Source: Octopus vulgaris
Lineage: Eukaryota
Direction of reading: 5' to 3'
DNA: 64,000 nucleotides
NCBI GenBank assembly: GCA_951406725.2
Contig: OX597826.1
Location: 8,184,001 to 8,248,000, forward strand
How positions within the stretch are numbered: position 1 is the stretch's first letter; each line of letters opens with the position of its first letter. The notes beneath the pieces were generated by a model. It was not told the origin of the DNA. It searched no databases and saw only the letters and a list, made by a program, of their open reading frames with translations. The position numbers were made by a program, and so were the translations under genes. Shown one piece after another: positions 1-12,477 of the stretch.

Positions 1-379
1 ATATTTAAATGGCAAATATACGTCACGATGTGTTGCAGCTACTGTTTATAACTCGCTCTAAGATTTATTATTGCTGTTCACTGGTTATTTCACTACTAGT
101 TTTAGCAAGTCGAGTCATTAAGTAGTAACTTTGGCTACTTTAGGGCCTGTTTTACCAGGTTTGCGCATCAAATGCATTTTAGCCATAATCAGTTTCTGTA
201 TTACACGCACACACACACACACACACACACAGATACACACACACACACATACACACACACACACACACACGCACACACAAACTCACACATATGGCTTCAT
301 TATTCGATATATCTCTCCATTCAATTTTTAAGATGGTACAGTGTGGTTTAAGGGAAATTGCCAGCTATATTCAGCAAGT

Positions 380-684
380 AGTGGAGGCACATGGCCTAGT
401 GGTAAGAGCAGCGGACTCGCGGTCGGGGGATCGCGGGTTCGAATCTCAGACTGGGCGATATGTGTGTTTATGAGCGAAACACCCAAGCTCCACGCAGCTC
501 CGGCAGAAGTTAATGGCGAACTTCTGCTGACTCTTTCGCCACAACTTTCTCTCACTCTTTCCTCCTGCATATTGCAGATCACCTGCGATGGATCGGCGTG
601 CCGTCCAGGTGGGGAACCTATACGCCAAGGAAACCGGGAAACCGACCCTTATGAGCCAGGCATGGCCCGAGAAGGAACAAGCAA
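380..684 (+). mobile_element. tRNA-derived SINE, family A (tRNA-Arg-like head), full length with 13-bp TSD
   Basis: A-box TGGCCTAGTGG (~392) and B-box GGTTCGAATC (~436); TSD ATATTCAGCAAGT at 367-379 and 685-697; two further copies at ~21894 and ~26627. Confidence 0.92.
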
Positions 685-908
685 ATATTCAGCAAGTTGA
701 ACAAGTAGTGAAATATGCTAAGTGCATATGTTCTGCTATTTTCTATTGAAGCATTTATAAATTACAAAATAATGTTTTCCCCACGAAGAAAATATATGCT
801 CGAAGCTTGAGAATGTCAGAAGGTGAAAACGGGGATTCTTTTTGCTTCATCTGAGTAGCATTGCATCGTGCCTATAGACATGACTCTAACAGCTGCCTTA
901 ATTTAGCT

Positions 909-1256
909 CAGCGGTTCTGAACCGGGGTGTATATGGCTCCTGAGGGTCTATATAAGGTTCTTGGAGATCCATGCAAAAAAATAGTAAATTGAGAATCCAC
1001 AATATTATTTTAAGGGCCCCTGAAAGAATTTGCTTTAGATGTATGTATTGTTATGTATTGCAAGAAACAGCTAGGTTTCTTTTCTCTAACATTTTACGTA
1101 GTTCAACTTACACAAGTTAATGTGTGAAAATTGAAATAGAAATTTTGAAATGAGTTTCTATAAAACTGCTTTTGAAAAAGCGATTTTTTGTGGGAGTCCA
1201 CCAGAATAAAATAGTAATGAAAGGGGTCCATAGATAAAAAAGATTGAAAACCCCTG
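909..1256. mobile_element. hAT-superfamily (Charlie-like) MITE
   Basis: Imperfect TIRs CAGCGGTTCTGAACC / GATTGAAAACCCCTG; perfect 8-bp TSD ATTTAGCT at 901-908 and 1257-1264. Confidence 0.88.
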
Positions 1257-1379
1257 ATTTAGCTAGACAATTAGTGATCTGTATGTATTATTCAATAAGT
1301 AGGACGTCCAGCAGTGTTTTTTTTACGTCAGCCGTATTGGTGGTATAATTTACTGTTTGGATTCTTGGTAGCGATGGGT

Positions 1380-1830
1380 GAATTTCGAAGAGCATTTGGC
1401 CTGCTGTATGAAATTCATTTCATCTGATAGGTTGTCAGAAAGTCGTTCGCCAAACGCACCAACCTCAGCCTCATAGTTATGTTTGTTCCTCGTTAAAGTT
1501 AATACGCTGTCCCCTTTCACTCGGAGTAAACTGATTACATACCCAATCCACCCAGGCATTCCCGTACTACGCCTTCCTCTGCTTTTGATCACTCATACTG
1601 CGTCACTCTGTATGGCTTTACTGATCCCTCTTACAGTCCTTCTGCTTCAGAATCGTAGCTCTTTGGGAACCTTACCCTGCCCACGTATGTTTCAATTGCA
1701 GCTGTCACCTTGAAAATGTTTAAGAGAGGCATTAACCACATCAATCTCACTGGTGTTAGAGGACCTCTCGGAGGTCATGAGCGTTCCAAACTAACAACAA
1801 CAACAATAGAAACAACAACAAAAACAAACA
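1380..1830 (+). mobile_element. Degenerate 3' end of a CR1/Jockey-group LINE
   Basis: Frameshifted C-terminal remnant (ALWE..LPAHV...MFKRGINHINL, resembling LWNxLP..FKR) followed by a (CAA)-rich tail at ~1793-1830. Confidence 0.55.
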
Positions 1831-2023
1831 GTAGTTCAGCTCATTATAATAGTTATCACGCAATAGTTAACAGTGCCACGAAATGCGAGATTCATTATAC
1901 ATCTGATTAATGAATCATATATGGGCTTTATAGATCCTTTCAATAAGAAGCAGGATTAAAAATATACCAATGACTCATCAATATATTCTGTATTGATCGA
2001 TCTACCAAGTCGTTACAGGATAT

Positions 2024-2035
2024 CATCATTATTAC

Positions 2036-2125
<90 letters not shown>

Positions 2126-2170
2126 CATCATCATCATCATAATCATCATCATCATCACCATTACTAATAT
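2024..2170. repeat. (ATT)n/(ATC)n microsatellite at the 3' end of the RLE LINE
   Basis: Direct reading. Confidence 0.95.
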
Positions 2171-2174
2171 TGTT

Positions 2175-3965
2175 ATTCATATGCACTCAAAAGGTTAGAC
2201 TGTTGAAAAGAAAAGAATCCTAGCGTCGGGCTACAACAAGTAGCCTTTGATGCCAAGAACCCTCCAGTTGGTTTACAGCCAGTAACCTTAGGTGCCAAGA
2301 ATCCCCCTAATTATCCTAGCTGTCCTTAATAACACTCTTTTCTGCAGCTGTACTAAACTGGGTTTTATACCTATTTCCTCTATCCATCTGTTCAGATCCG
2401 TAGGGATTCTTCCCAATGCACCTATAACTACTGGGATACATTGTACCGGCGCTTTCTATAGTCTCTGTAATTCAATAGCTAGGCCCTGGTACTTTGCTAT
2501 TTTTTCTATACTTTTCATATTAATTTTTTCATCATTTGGGACTGTAAAATCAATTATCTATCACTTTCTATTCTCTTTATCTACTACAGTAGTTCTCAAA
2601 CTTTTTCAGACTGCCGCCCCTTTGGCATCCATACCACATTCCTAGCGCCCCTCAACCTCCCCACTACAATATAGACCACTTGCTGCAGCAAATTCAAAAC
2701 TGTATTTCACGAATAAAGATTAAATCTAATTAACTTTCTGATATTTTTTTATATCTATTACTCCATTATCATCACACTTTTCTTCAACGCCCCCTGGATC
2801 TTTCCATCGCCCCAAGGGGGCAGAACTGCGTACTTTGGGTACCATTGATCTACTACTACCAAATTAAGCATTCTAGTTCCTATTACTTTATCAGTATGAA
2901 TGTTTAAGTCTCACAGTATCTTGTATTTCTTACTTCCTAGTACTTTACTAGCTTTATGTTCATACCATTTATCAGTGTGTCCAAACCCTATCATTCTACA
3001 TAACCCCTAGTGGATTCCTCTTCCTAGGTTGTCATGTATTTTCTTGTATTCTTTCAGTGCCAGCATACTACTACATCCACTTACTATATGAGTAACGCTT
3101 TCCTCTTCTGCTTTGCATAATCTACATTTGGAATCTACTTGGTTTTTGCCTATCTTGGCCTTTATTCAATTAGTCCTTAATACTTGATCTTGTGCAGCTA
3201 CTAACAAACTCTCTGTCTCCCTCTTCAGCTTCCCCTTCTGCAGCCATAACTTTGTCTCACTATTACTATTTGTTGCATCTATCTTTGGAAATCTACCATG
3301 CAACACCTTCTTGTGACAGTGAGAAAATTTCTGTTCTTTTTTCTGGTTTTTAACTTCGTTTGGATTTTTGGTTTCCCTATGCCTTTTGCTGCGACTCTTC
3401 CGGCTTTTAATAAACCTCCTTCACTATTACCTACATAGGAGTCTATATCACCTCTAGCTAACTCCAAACAGTATTCTACTGATATTAACCCTCTTCCACC
3501 TTCCTTCCTCGGTAAGTATAATCTTGCTACTCTTGCCCTTGGGTGGAGTCCTCCACTCATATTCAATTCTTCCTAGTTCTTTTGTCTAGCTTTGCTAATT
3601 CAGTTTTTGCCCAATCTTCAAAAGCTGCTGAGTATCTAAATAATGATACTTCCCAAGTATTTACAGCCTTCACAAGATTCGAACCATTTAGATTTGATTT
3701 CATTAGCTTCCTCACCCTTCTGATGTACTCCTTCTCAATTTTCGTTTTCACTTGTATAGTTAGTATTCTGTCAGATTCTGTACTCCTAGAAACTTATAAC
3801 TCTCTCCTCCTTTCAATGATTTTAATGTCTGACCATCTGGTAATTGGATGCCTTCACTGTTGACTAGCTGCCCCCTTCACGTGACTAATATTTCACACAT
3901 ATTTATGCCAAATTCCATGCCTACATCTTTGCAGAAGAGCCTTAGTCTGTATTAAGGAATTTATT
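2175..3965 (-). mobile_element. Degenerate 5'-truncated RLE non-LTR retrotransposon (R4/Dong-like), interrupted by a MITE
   Basis: Minus-strand remnants: EYIRRVRKLMKSNLNGSNLVKAVNTW, LHPRARVARLYLPRKEGGRGL, CCHC knuckle KCRLCKAEEESVTHIVSGC, endonuclease tail IDFTVP..KIAKYQGL..PVVIGALG; (ATT)n on both flanks. Confidence 0.9.
2587..2847. mobile_element. hAT-superfamily MITE nested in the LINE endonuclease region
   Basis: TIR CAGTAGTTCTCAAACT with degenerate partner ACTTTGGGTACCATTG; 8-bp TSD ATCTACTA at 2579-2586 and 2848-2855. Confidence 0.88.
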
Positions 3966-4000
3966 TCTTTTTCATTCTTACTATTATTTTTGATTCTTAC

Positions 4001-4073
<73 letters not shown>

Positions 4074-4080
4074 GTTATTA

Positions 4081-4115
<35 letters not shown>

Positions 4116-5004
4116 TATTATTATTATTATTGAAACAACTGCGGTCAAATAATGTCCTCAATCTTGTTTGGTGATTGCAGTTCGAATACCTCAATAAAGG
4201 TCTTGTGTTGATTGATTGACTTATTCAAGAATCCAGATATGTGTGGATGGTGCCCTGTTGCCTTCATCGCGATGGTTTTAGCATAGTTTTGCCATTTACA
4301 AGACCTAACAGCATTTGTTAATTATATCCTGTCATTCTTGTTAAAAGCAACAAAACTTAAAATATCTATTTACGAAGTGATCGAGTGAATCATCTAAAGC
4401 TATGCATATCTTTCAAGGGGCATAGAGCAGAAATGGCGACGAAATATAACCCACCGACCTTTTCAGTTAATAGTCCAAGAAACTAAAACCTCTGTCAGCG
4501 ATAACTCTTATTTCCAACAGCAGTACACCCTAGTACAGGGATATGGATATTTCTCTGGGGTGGGAATTTCATCGCCGGTTCTCCCTGATAGTTTCTATAT
4601 TGTCCAAGACGTTGTTCTGCTTCATATACTTGACAATTGCATATTAGATGTTAATTCCCAAGACAGATTCGCTCCCATGATATATTAGAAAAACCAGCGA
4701 AACGCCACTAGAGTGTCTTTCACAAAAAGCAAAAAAGAAATCTGAGAATCTTGGAAGCCTCGGTGGAAGATCAGAGGATAGCTGAAAGGTTAATAGAGAA
4801 ACAACAAAAACAGAAAGAAAAAAAACAGAAAAAAATAAATAAAGTAAATGATAGGTATATGTTTCATATAGAATACACCATTTGTATATGTTTCATATAG
4901 GCTTGATTTGGCACAAGCAAGATTAAAAATAGATAGCAATGTCTGAGGTTAACTGACAGAAGAAACCTGATATATTACATAATACATATACATACATACA
5001 TACA

Positions 5005-5038
<34 letters not shown>

Positions 5039-5089
5039 CATACATATATATATATACATATATACTTATATCTATGTATATACAAATAT

Positions 5090-5130
<41 letters not shown>

Positions 5131-5207
5131 TATACATACACACACTTACACACAAACACACACATATATGTACAATATATAAATATACATATACATATAT
5201 TTGTAAA

Positions 5208-5252
<45 letters not shown>

Positions 5253-5416
5253 GTAAACATACAATTATACATATATATATAGGCAAATGAATATATATAT
5301 ATATATATATATTAGTATATTTATGTATATGTATCTAATAACATATATATATATGTCTGTTTATATATATATATATACATACATACATACATACATATAT
5401 ATGTTTATATTTATAC

Positions 5417-5459
<43 letters not shown>

Positions 5460-5478
5460 CATATATATATATACATAC

Positions 5479-5526
<48 letters not shown>

Positions 5527-5733
5527 CAAACATGCATACGTTACATACACATATACACACACACGTAAGGAACAAAATACAATATCGCGATAAGACCTTT
5601 GAGGTTAAATGTAGCTTTCACAGCCAGTAGAAATTGAGCTCTCTTCCTAAACAACGCCAATATAGCGAAAGTTCAGTAGCCTATCTAATGACAAATTATG
5701 AGATAACTCTAAATCGTTGCTAAATTAACTTAC

Positions 5734-5860
5734 TGTCGTAAAATGTCTGTCCACTGAACTAACATGGCCGCCCGTTGAAACAACCAGTACGCTGCTTGAT
5801 CCGCCATTTTCTCCATACGCTGAAATACATGACAGTTCACGCGAAGGAAATTCCATCATA
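5734..5860 (-). promoter_or_regulatory. Candidate promoter / first exon with two opposed YY1-type motifs
   Basis: AACATGGCCGCC (5761-5772, +) and AAAATGGCGG (5810-5801, -); CpG-containing unique sequence; minus-strand frame MADQAAYWLFQRAAMLVQWTDILR ends at a canonical donor CA|GTAAGT (5733-5728). Confidence 0.45.
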
Positions 5861-6415
5861 TATCAAATATTATTTGTCGACTGTATCATAATTGCTTTGA
5901 TATATAATTACCTTATTTTGTATTTGCTGGCGTTATCTGCTAACTCCATGCAATATTTGCTAGAAAAACAAAAAACGGAAATCAATATCTTTTAGAGTCT
6001 CTTCTAGGAGCAATTTATTTACTGGCTGTATTCCCAATATTTTTCCAAACTCTGTTCTGTGTGGAAACTGGGACGGCAGAAAAATATTGTACAAGATGAC
6101 ATGATATGATGTGAATATAATATTCATGTATAAATGGTGTTATCATGAGCTTTTGCTGGTTTTTCGCGTTCATGCATATTCTTCTCGAAGCATATTTATG
6201 CGTGTGTATATCAGTGAGTGAATGAGTGTGTGTGTGTGTGTGTGTTAGCTTATTATTCTGTATACACACATGCACGTATGCAACCGGTAGAATAAATAAT
6301 TATATATAAGTCTATGTATACATACATATATATGTGTGTGTATGTACATTTATATATATATACATATATGTATGTATGTAAACATATAAGTATGTATATG
6401 TATATATACATCAAT

Positions 6416-6446
<31 letters not shown>

Positions 6447-6702
6447 CACCTTTATATTTCAAGATATATTTTGTGTGTATTCACGTATAAATATATATAT
6501 ATGTTTGTGTCTGCAAGCTTCGAAGTAAGCTCTCCTATTAATATACATATCTTTACACCATACATATATGTATACATCCTTGTATGTAAGAATGTATGTA
6601 TAAATATATTACATAAATACGTATGCATAGATGATGTATGCGTGTAAGTATGTATATACGTATCTATGTATATCTGTATATACATATACACTCACACATT
6701 TG

Positions 6703-6767
<65 letters not shown>

Positions 6768-7221
6768 CACACACATATATATATATATATATGTATGTAC
6801 ATGTATATATAAAGCTATTATGTATCTTTGTATTATACACATATATAACCATGCGTGTGTTCGTATGCAGGTTTGTATATATATAGATGTGTGGATATAT
6901 TGATGGATATTATACAAAATATAAAATACAGAAGAACCGATATCCTCATTTACTTTCTATATTTTTACAATTATTTTCCCGCGTGAGGTACAAATTGTTG
7001 ATTTCCGTCAAATCTTAGGTTTTTAAAAATATTTTTGCTCATATTCTTTTATTTAATAGTTACATAGAAAAAGTATGTCGTTTTTTTCCTGCAAAGTTGA
7101 AGTGGGGCCTAGAAAAGAATGAGAACGAATTCCTGTTGGTTTCGGAAGTCGATTCAAAACGAAGATTGGCACCAATAATTCCATAACATACGTAAAATAT
7201 ACTTCTTATATAAATATATAT

Positions 7222-7335
<114 letters not shown>

Positions 7336-7460
7336 AACATATACATGTATATAGTCATACATATATACACACATACGTACATACTTGCAAACACACACAC
7401 ACATATATAAATGTATATATATATATATACATACATATATATATACACATATATATATAT

Positions 7461-7507
<47 letters not shown>

Positions 7508-7967
7508 TACATATACATATGTTTGTATGTGTATATATGTATACGCACCTGTGTATATGTGCATGTTTTCGTGAATAAGACGTTCTATACAAATATGCGT
7601 CTCCAAGTGCGTGTGTATATGCGCAATCTTGTGTCCTTATCATTTCTATATGAACGTGTGTCTGTGTGTACGCTTACGTATAATCTCTGGAGAGCATAAC
7701 ACCCTAAAGTTATACAAGAGAAAAACTAAGATGGTATTATTTTCTGAAAAGCTTTTACAACGTGAGCGAAGTGAAACTACATTCAAATACGCTAGAAATT
7801 AAAAATATATGACTCTTATTTTCAAATTATAATCTGGGATGCCGTCTGGAATAGATACTAAATACAGTAATGAAAAAAAAAGATGATTGTGACCGTTTGG
7901 TATAGGTTGGGCGTGAAACCTCTTGGTCTTGTGAACTTTACTCGAATACATAAGATCATCAAGAAAG

Positions 7968-8200
7968 GACGGCGAGTTAGCAGAAACGTTAGCATGCCGG
8001 ACGAAATGCTTAAGAGGTATTTCGTCTGCCGTTACGTTCTGGGTTCAAATTCCACCGAGGTCGACTTTGCCTTTCATCCTTTCGGGGTCGATAGATTAAG
8101 TACCAGTTACGCACTGGGGACGATATAATCGACTTAATCCGTTTGTCTGTCCTTGGTTGTCCTCTCTGTGTTTAGCCCCTTGTGGGCAACAAAGAACTAA
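7968..8200 (+). mobile_element. tRNA-derived SINE, family B (central domain resembling the Meta-SINE domain), long-tail subfamily
   Basis: Head GGCGAGTTAGCAGAAACGTTAGC, B-box GGTTCAAATTCC, core GCCTTTCATCCTTTCGGGGTCGATA..AGTACCAG; more than 10 related copies in the window. Confidence 0.9.
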
Positions 8201-8963
8201 GAAAAGATATGGTAGAGACATGAATTTTTCATTTGTCTGCAAACCATAATCTCATAACCCTGCCATATCTTTAACAAGGCTGACAAGCGGTTAACTCATC
8301 AGATGGACGAAGAACCTTACAGATAAACTATCATCCTTGAATATTTTTCTTGAAAGCTAAATTCCGTTTGTTGTTATAAACAGAAGTTCACTTCTGATCA
8401 AGTCCCCTTATTGTCAGTCCCATCAATAGCTTCTACTATAACAGTTAGGTATCTACAAGCGGCGGATGGCGTTCGATGCCATCTTATAATCTGGTTATAG
8501 AGTCTTTGGACTTTAGAACGCCTGCTGCTGTGGAATGAACAGACAACCCTGCACGATGTGACTGTCAGTGGACAGGACGAGTCTTATAAATAGATTAGCC
8601 AGGAGAGAGTTGAGGTCGAACAGTGAGAGCGTTAGTCTCGTTATTTGCGTGATCTGTTATCATAAGACAACCAACGCTTGTTACATTGCTTATTGTTATA
8701 CGGTTATATTTGTAACTGTAATATACTGTTAGCCACATACACATCATTATTATCGGCACTGACGATAAAACAGATACTTCAAGTCCTTAAGAACAGTTTT
8801 GTTGAAGAGCTCTCTGGCATAGACCCAGGCAAATGCTACATTAATTAGCATATTCACGTTCGAAACTTCCGTAGCTTATTACGAGAGTGCAACTGTATAT
8901 GTATGTATGTAAGTGTGTGTGAGTGTGTCTCTGTGTGTCTGTGTGTATGCTTGTGTGGTTGTT

Positions 8964-9002
<39 letters not shown>

Positions 9003-9020
9003 ACGTTTTATAGATATATG

Positions 9021-9094
<74 letters not shown>

Positions 9095-9170
9095 TGCATG
9101 TGCATATTCATATACATATATATTTATATATATATATAAACATGCGAGTATACGTATGTATATATGAATG

Positions 9171-9216
<46 letters not shown>

Positions 9217-9252
9217 GAGAGAGAGAGAGAAAGAAAGAGAGAGAATGAGAGC

Positions 9253-9287
<35 letters not shown>

Positions 9288-9312
9288 CATAGATATATAG
9301 ATATAGATATGT

Positions 9313-9348
<36 letters not shown>

Positions 9349-9359
9349 ATACAATTATA

Positions 9360-9406
<47 letters not shown>

Positions 9407-9611
9407 ATATATTGATGCACAGAAAGAGGAGAGAAACACATAGGGAGAAACGCAGAGTGAGAGAGAGGAATTCTGAGAGAGTGAGTGCTAATTAATAAAT
9501 TAATCAAATCTTAATTAGTAATGAATCCTTAAGAAGGCAAATGTACATATTGCCCACGGGGACGATATAGCATCTGCTCTAGAATACGAACTCGAGCCAT
9601 AAAAAGCAGGT

Positions 9612-9677
<66 letters not shown>

Positions 9678-10067
9678 ATGCGTGTGTTCACATATTCTGT
9701 TACCGATTACATGTTTCATATCTAAATAATTGAAATATTAATTAATCAGTTAACAGCTGTTCAATACAGTAACGTACTCTGCCAGTATACCATTCAATAC
9801 GAAGATAAGCAATGTTATTCAGTATAGAAACAAGGTCTAGAGATCGTCTCCTTCCGCAGGCATTCTGTTGAGGCCATGACGAAGGTTGTTTAAACGAAGA
9901 ATGCTTTCTATTTTATGCATAAACATATATAGTAGGTGTCAGCCGGTTGGTCGATCGCATATCTGCCTTCACAAACAGTAATAGAAGCAGCGGGACATTG
10001 CTATAAGCTAACCCATGTGTTACACGCGCACGCAAACAAACCCATACACACACGCACACACACACAT

Positions 10068-10111
<44 letters not shown>

Positions 10112-10278
10112 GCATATATATATATATAATATATATTTTTGTATACATAATTTTTTATATACATAATTTTAACGCTGAGTGTGTTAAATTATGAGGCTAA
10201 AAAAGATGACCTCCCCCAGACACAACAGAATATACATATAAGTATATATTTATAATGTATATAGACATACATAAATGC

Positions 10279-10334
<56 letters not shown>

Positions 10335-10337
<3 letters not shown>

Positions 10338-10535
10338 ATCCAAACATGAAAATACAGAGAGAAAACACAACAACGCGAGGACGTGGAACAAGTATAGTGT
10401 TATTGGACGCTCAGGAAGGAAGGGAAGAAGGAGGGTTTTACGTTTCGAGCGGAGCTCTTCGTCAGAAGCATAGGAAAAGGAAAGATCCAGAGAAGGGAAG
10501 ACGGAGGAAAAAGTCGTCAACGGTACACACGCGGT

Positions 10536-10540
<5 letters not shown>
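10335..10540 (-). mobile_element. (TA)n-flanked Penelope-like pseudo-LTR / retrozyme-like repeat with a minimal hammerhead core
   Basis: Minus strand ~10465-10435 reads CTGACGA-a-GAGC-tcc-GCTC-GAAACGTA-aaac; both flanks are (TA)n. Confidence 0.65.
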
Positions 10541-10589
<49 letters not shown>

Positions 10590-10610
10590 AATACGCACAC
10601 ACAGAGACAT

Positions 10611-10930
10611 CTCTCTATATATAAACGGCAAAATGTCTGTGTGTGTGTGTCCTTCATACAAATCCACAATGTTTCAGTTAGAGGGTTCGCACTTTCTATG
10701 GTTATTCAAAACCGTCCAAGAGTGGTCCTGCACACCTTTACATTTCCCCAGTCACCCAGCAAAGCCATTATAAAATCAATACAAGTGTCTTTTTTGTGAA
10801 TTTTCTATCCAAAACCCAATCAAAATGCCCGAAACCAATTGAATGCCACCTAGCTGTATGTGATTGATCGGAGATTTGGACAGTCCTCGCGTGTATGTGC
10901 GCACGCACGCAGTTGTATATGCATGCACTA
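10611..10930 (+). mobile_element. Probable 5' part of a non-autonomous Helitron
   Basis: A|TC start followed by TCTATATATAAACGG..GTCTGTGTGTG, typical of non-autonomous Helitron 5' ends; no CTAG 3' end found. Confidence 0.4.
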
Positions 10931-11028
10931 TATATATCTATATTCTCGTCTCCAAAGCTTCTTAAAATCCTTTAGAGATAGACAAAACCTTCTACAAATC
11001 TTTCCATCTTTAACATGAAAAATACAAA

Positions 11029-11240
11029 GGTGGTGAGCTAGCAGAATCGTTGGCACCCGGGACAAAATGTTAAGCATTATTTCATCCGCCTTTACGTTTC
11101 TGATTTCAAATTCCGCAAAGATCGGCTTTGACTTTCATCCTTTCTGAGCCGATAAAATAAGTACCAGTTGAGTACTGTAGTCGATGTAATCCACTAGCCC
11201 CCTCCGCTGAAATTGCTGGCCGAGTGCCACAATTTGAAAT
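11029..11240 (+). mobile_element. SINE family B, older short-tail subfamily
   Basis: GGTGGTGAGCTAGCAGAATCGTT head, CTTTCATCCTTT..GATAAAATAAGTACCAG core, GTGCCACAATTTGAAA tail. Confidence 0.85.
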
Positions 11241-11689
11241 CAATATGTTGAGTGCATGACAAAAAAGAAAATGATAATAATAATATCGAGTTCGTTTTTC
11301 TACCCCCAAAGTATAAATAAGTGTTTGTGGTCAGTACATGTGTCTTTTACAGTAAACATCGGTAGCAACAAGTCAGTAACGAGTCTTTTCCTCGGATCTA
11401 CAAACAGACTTTCGCAGATTCACAAAACTCGTACTTGTCTTTGAGCTTCGATGTTTCGGTATCCCTAAAAAAAAAAAACGCTTGAACTGAGTCCGAGTTT
11501 CAGACATTTTGTTTTTTAATTCTGATGAAGAACGACAGGGCAGACGATGTGTTCTGAAAGAAACACCGAATTTCCGTGACACTGTTTGCATGGTAGCTCT
11601 CTTACCTATATTTCATACTTGGTCGCGTGAAGTTGCACCTTCGCAAGATCATCCATATTCAAAGATGGAACAGAATGTCTAATACCTAT

Positions 11690-11931
11690 AACTGTAGTAG
11701 TAGTAGTAGTAGTAGTAGTAGTTGTAGTTGCAGCAGCAGCAGCAGCAATAGTAGTTGTAGTAGTAATAGTAGTAGTAATAGTAGTAGTAGTAGTAGTAGC
11801 AGCGGCAGCAGCAGAAATAGTAGTAATAGTAGTAGCAGCAGCAGCAAAAATAATAGTAGTAGTAGTAGTAGTTGTAGCAGCAGCAGCAGCAGAAATAGTA
11901 GTAATAGTAGTAGCAGCAGCAGCAGAAATGA

Positions 11932-11973
<42 letters not shown>

Positions 11974-12038
11974 CAGCAGCAGCAGCAGCAGAAACAGTAG
12001 TAATACTAGTAGCAGAAGCGCAGAAATAATAATAATAA

Positions 12039-12079
<41 letters not shown>

Positions 12080-12090
12080 ATAGTAGTAGT
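11690..12090. repeat. (AGT)n/(AGC)n compound repeat with higher-order units
   Basis: Recurrent GCAGCAGCAGAAATAGTAGTAATAGTAGTAGCAGCAGCAGC blocks. Confidence 0.9.
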
Positions 12091-12477
12091 AGGTATCTGT
12101 TGATGCGTGACAATGTTTCATTGGTAGTTATGAGGAAGAAAAACAAATATGCAAGATGGCAGCTTATACATGTTTCTAGGGAGAGAAAAAAACTGAAATT
12201 TATATTACATAATTTTGTATTTGATAAACCGGATTATTTTCTCATAAGTAAAGGCTTCGTGTTCTAAAAGCTATTACACCACTATTCCTGAAAAAGAAAA
12301 CATCCTGTAATATACGAAATATTTAAAAATCAAATAACGCAAGAATAAGCTTGAATATTACACGGGAAATAGTTTTAAAGCAGCTCCCTCTGGTGGAACT
12401 ATTCTTGTTTCCCATCAACTGCAGCATTAGGACGATTGTACTAACGTTAGTCATGTCAATAGTATTCTAATAGGTAA

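Noticed and set aside
381-455. tRNA-like sequence as a functional tRNA-Arg gene
   Set aside because: No proper acceptor stem or terminator; continues into a SINE body bounded by a TSD
131-700. Recurrent ORFs such as MSETPKLHAAPAE.. and MRNWYL..RPRKDERQSRPRRNLNSER
   Set aside because: Chance frames inside SINE families A and B; they recur because the SINE recurs
11353-11444. Acceptor followed by NIGSNKSVTSLFLGSTNRLSQIH, faintly Sema/plexin-like
   Set aside because: Short, ends in a stop with no convincing donor; similarity too weak to support
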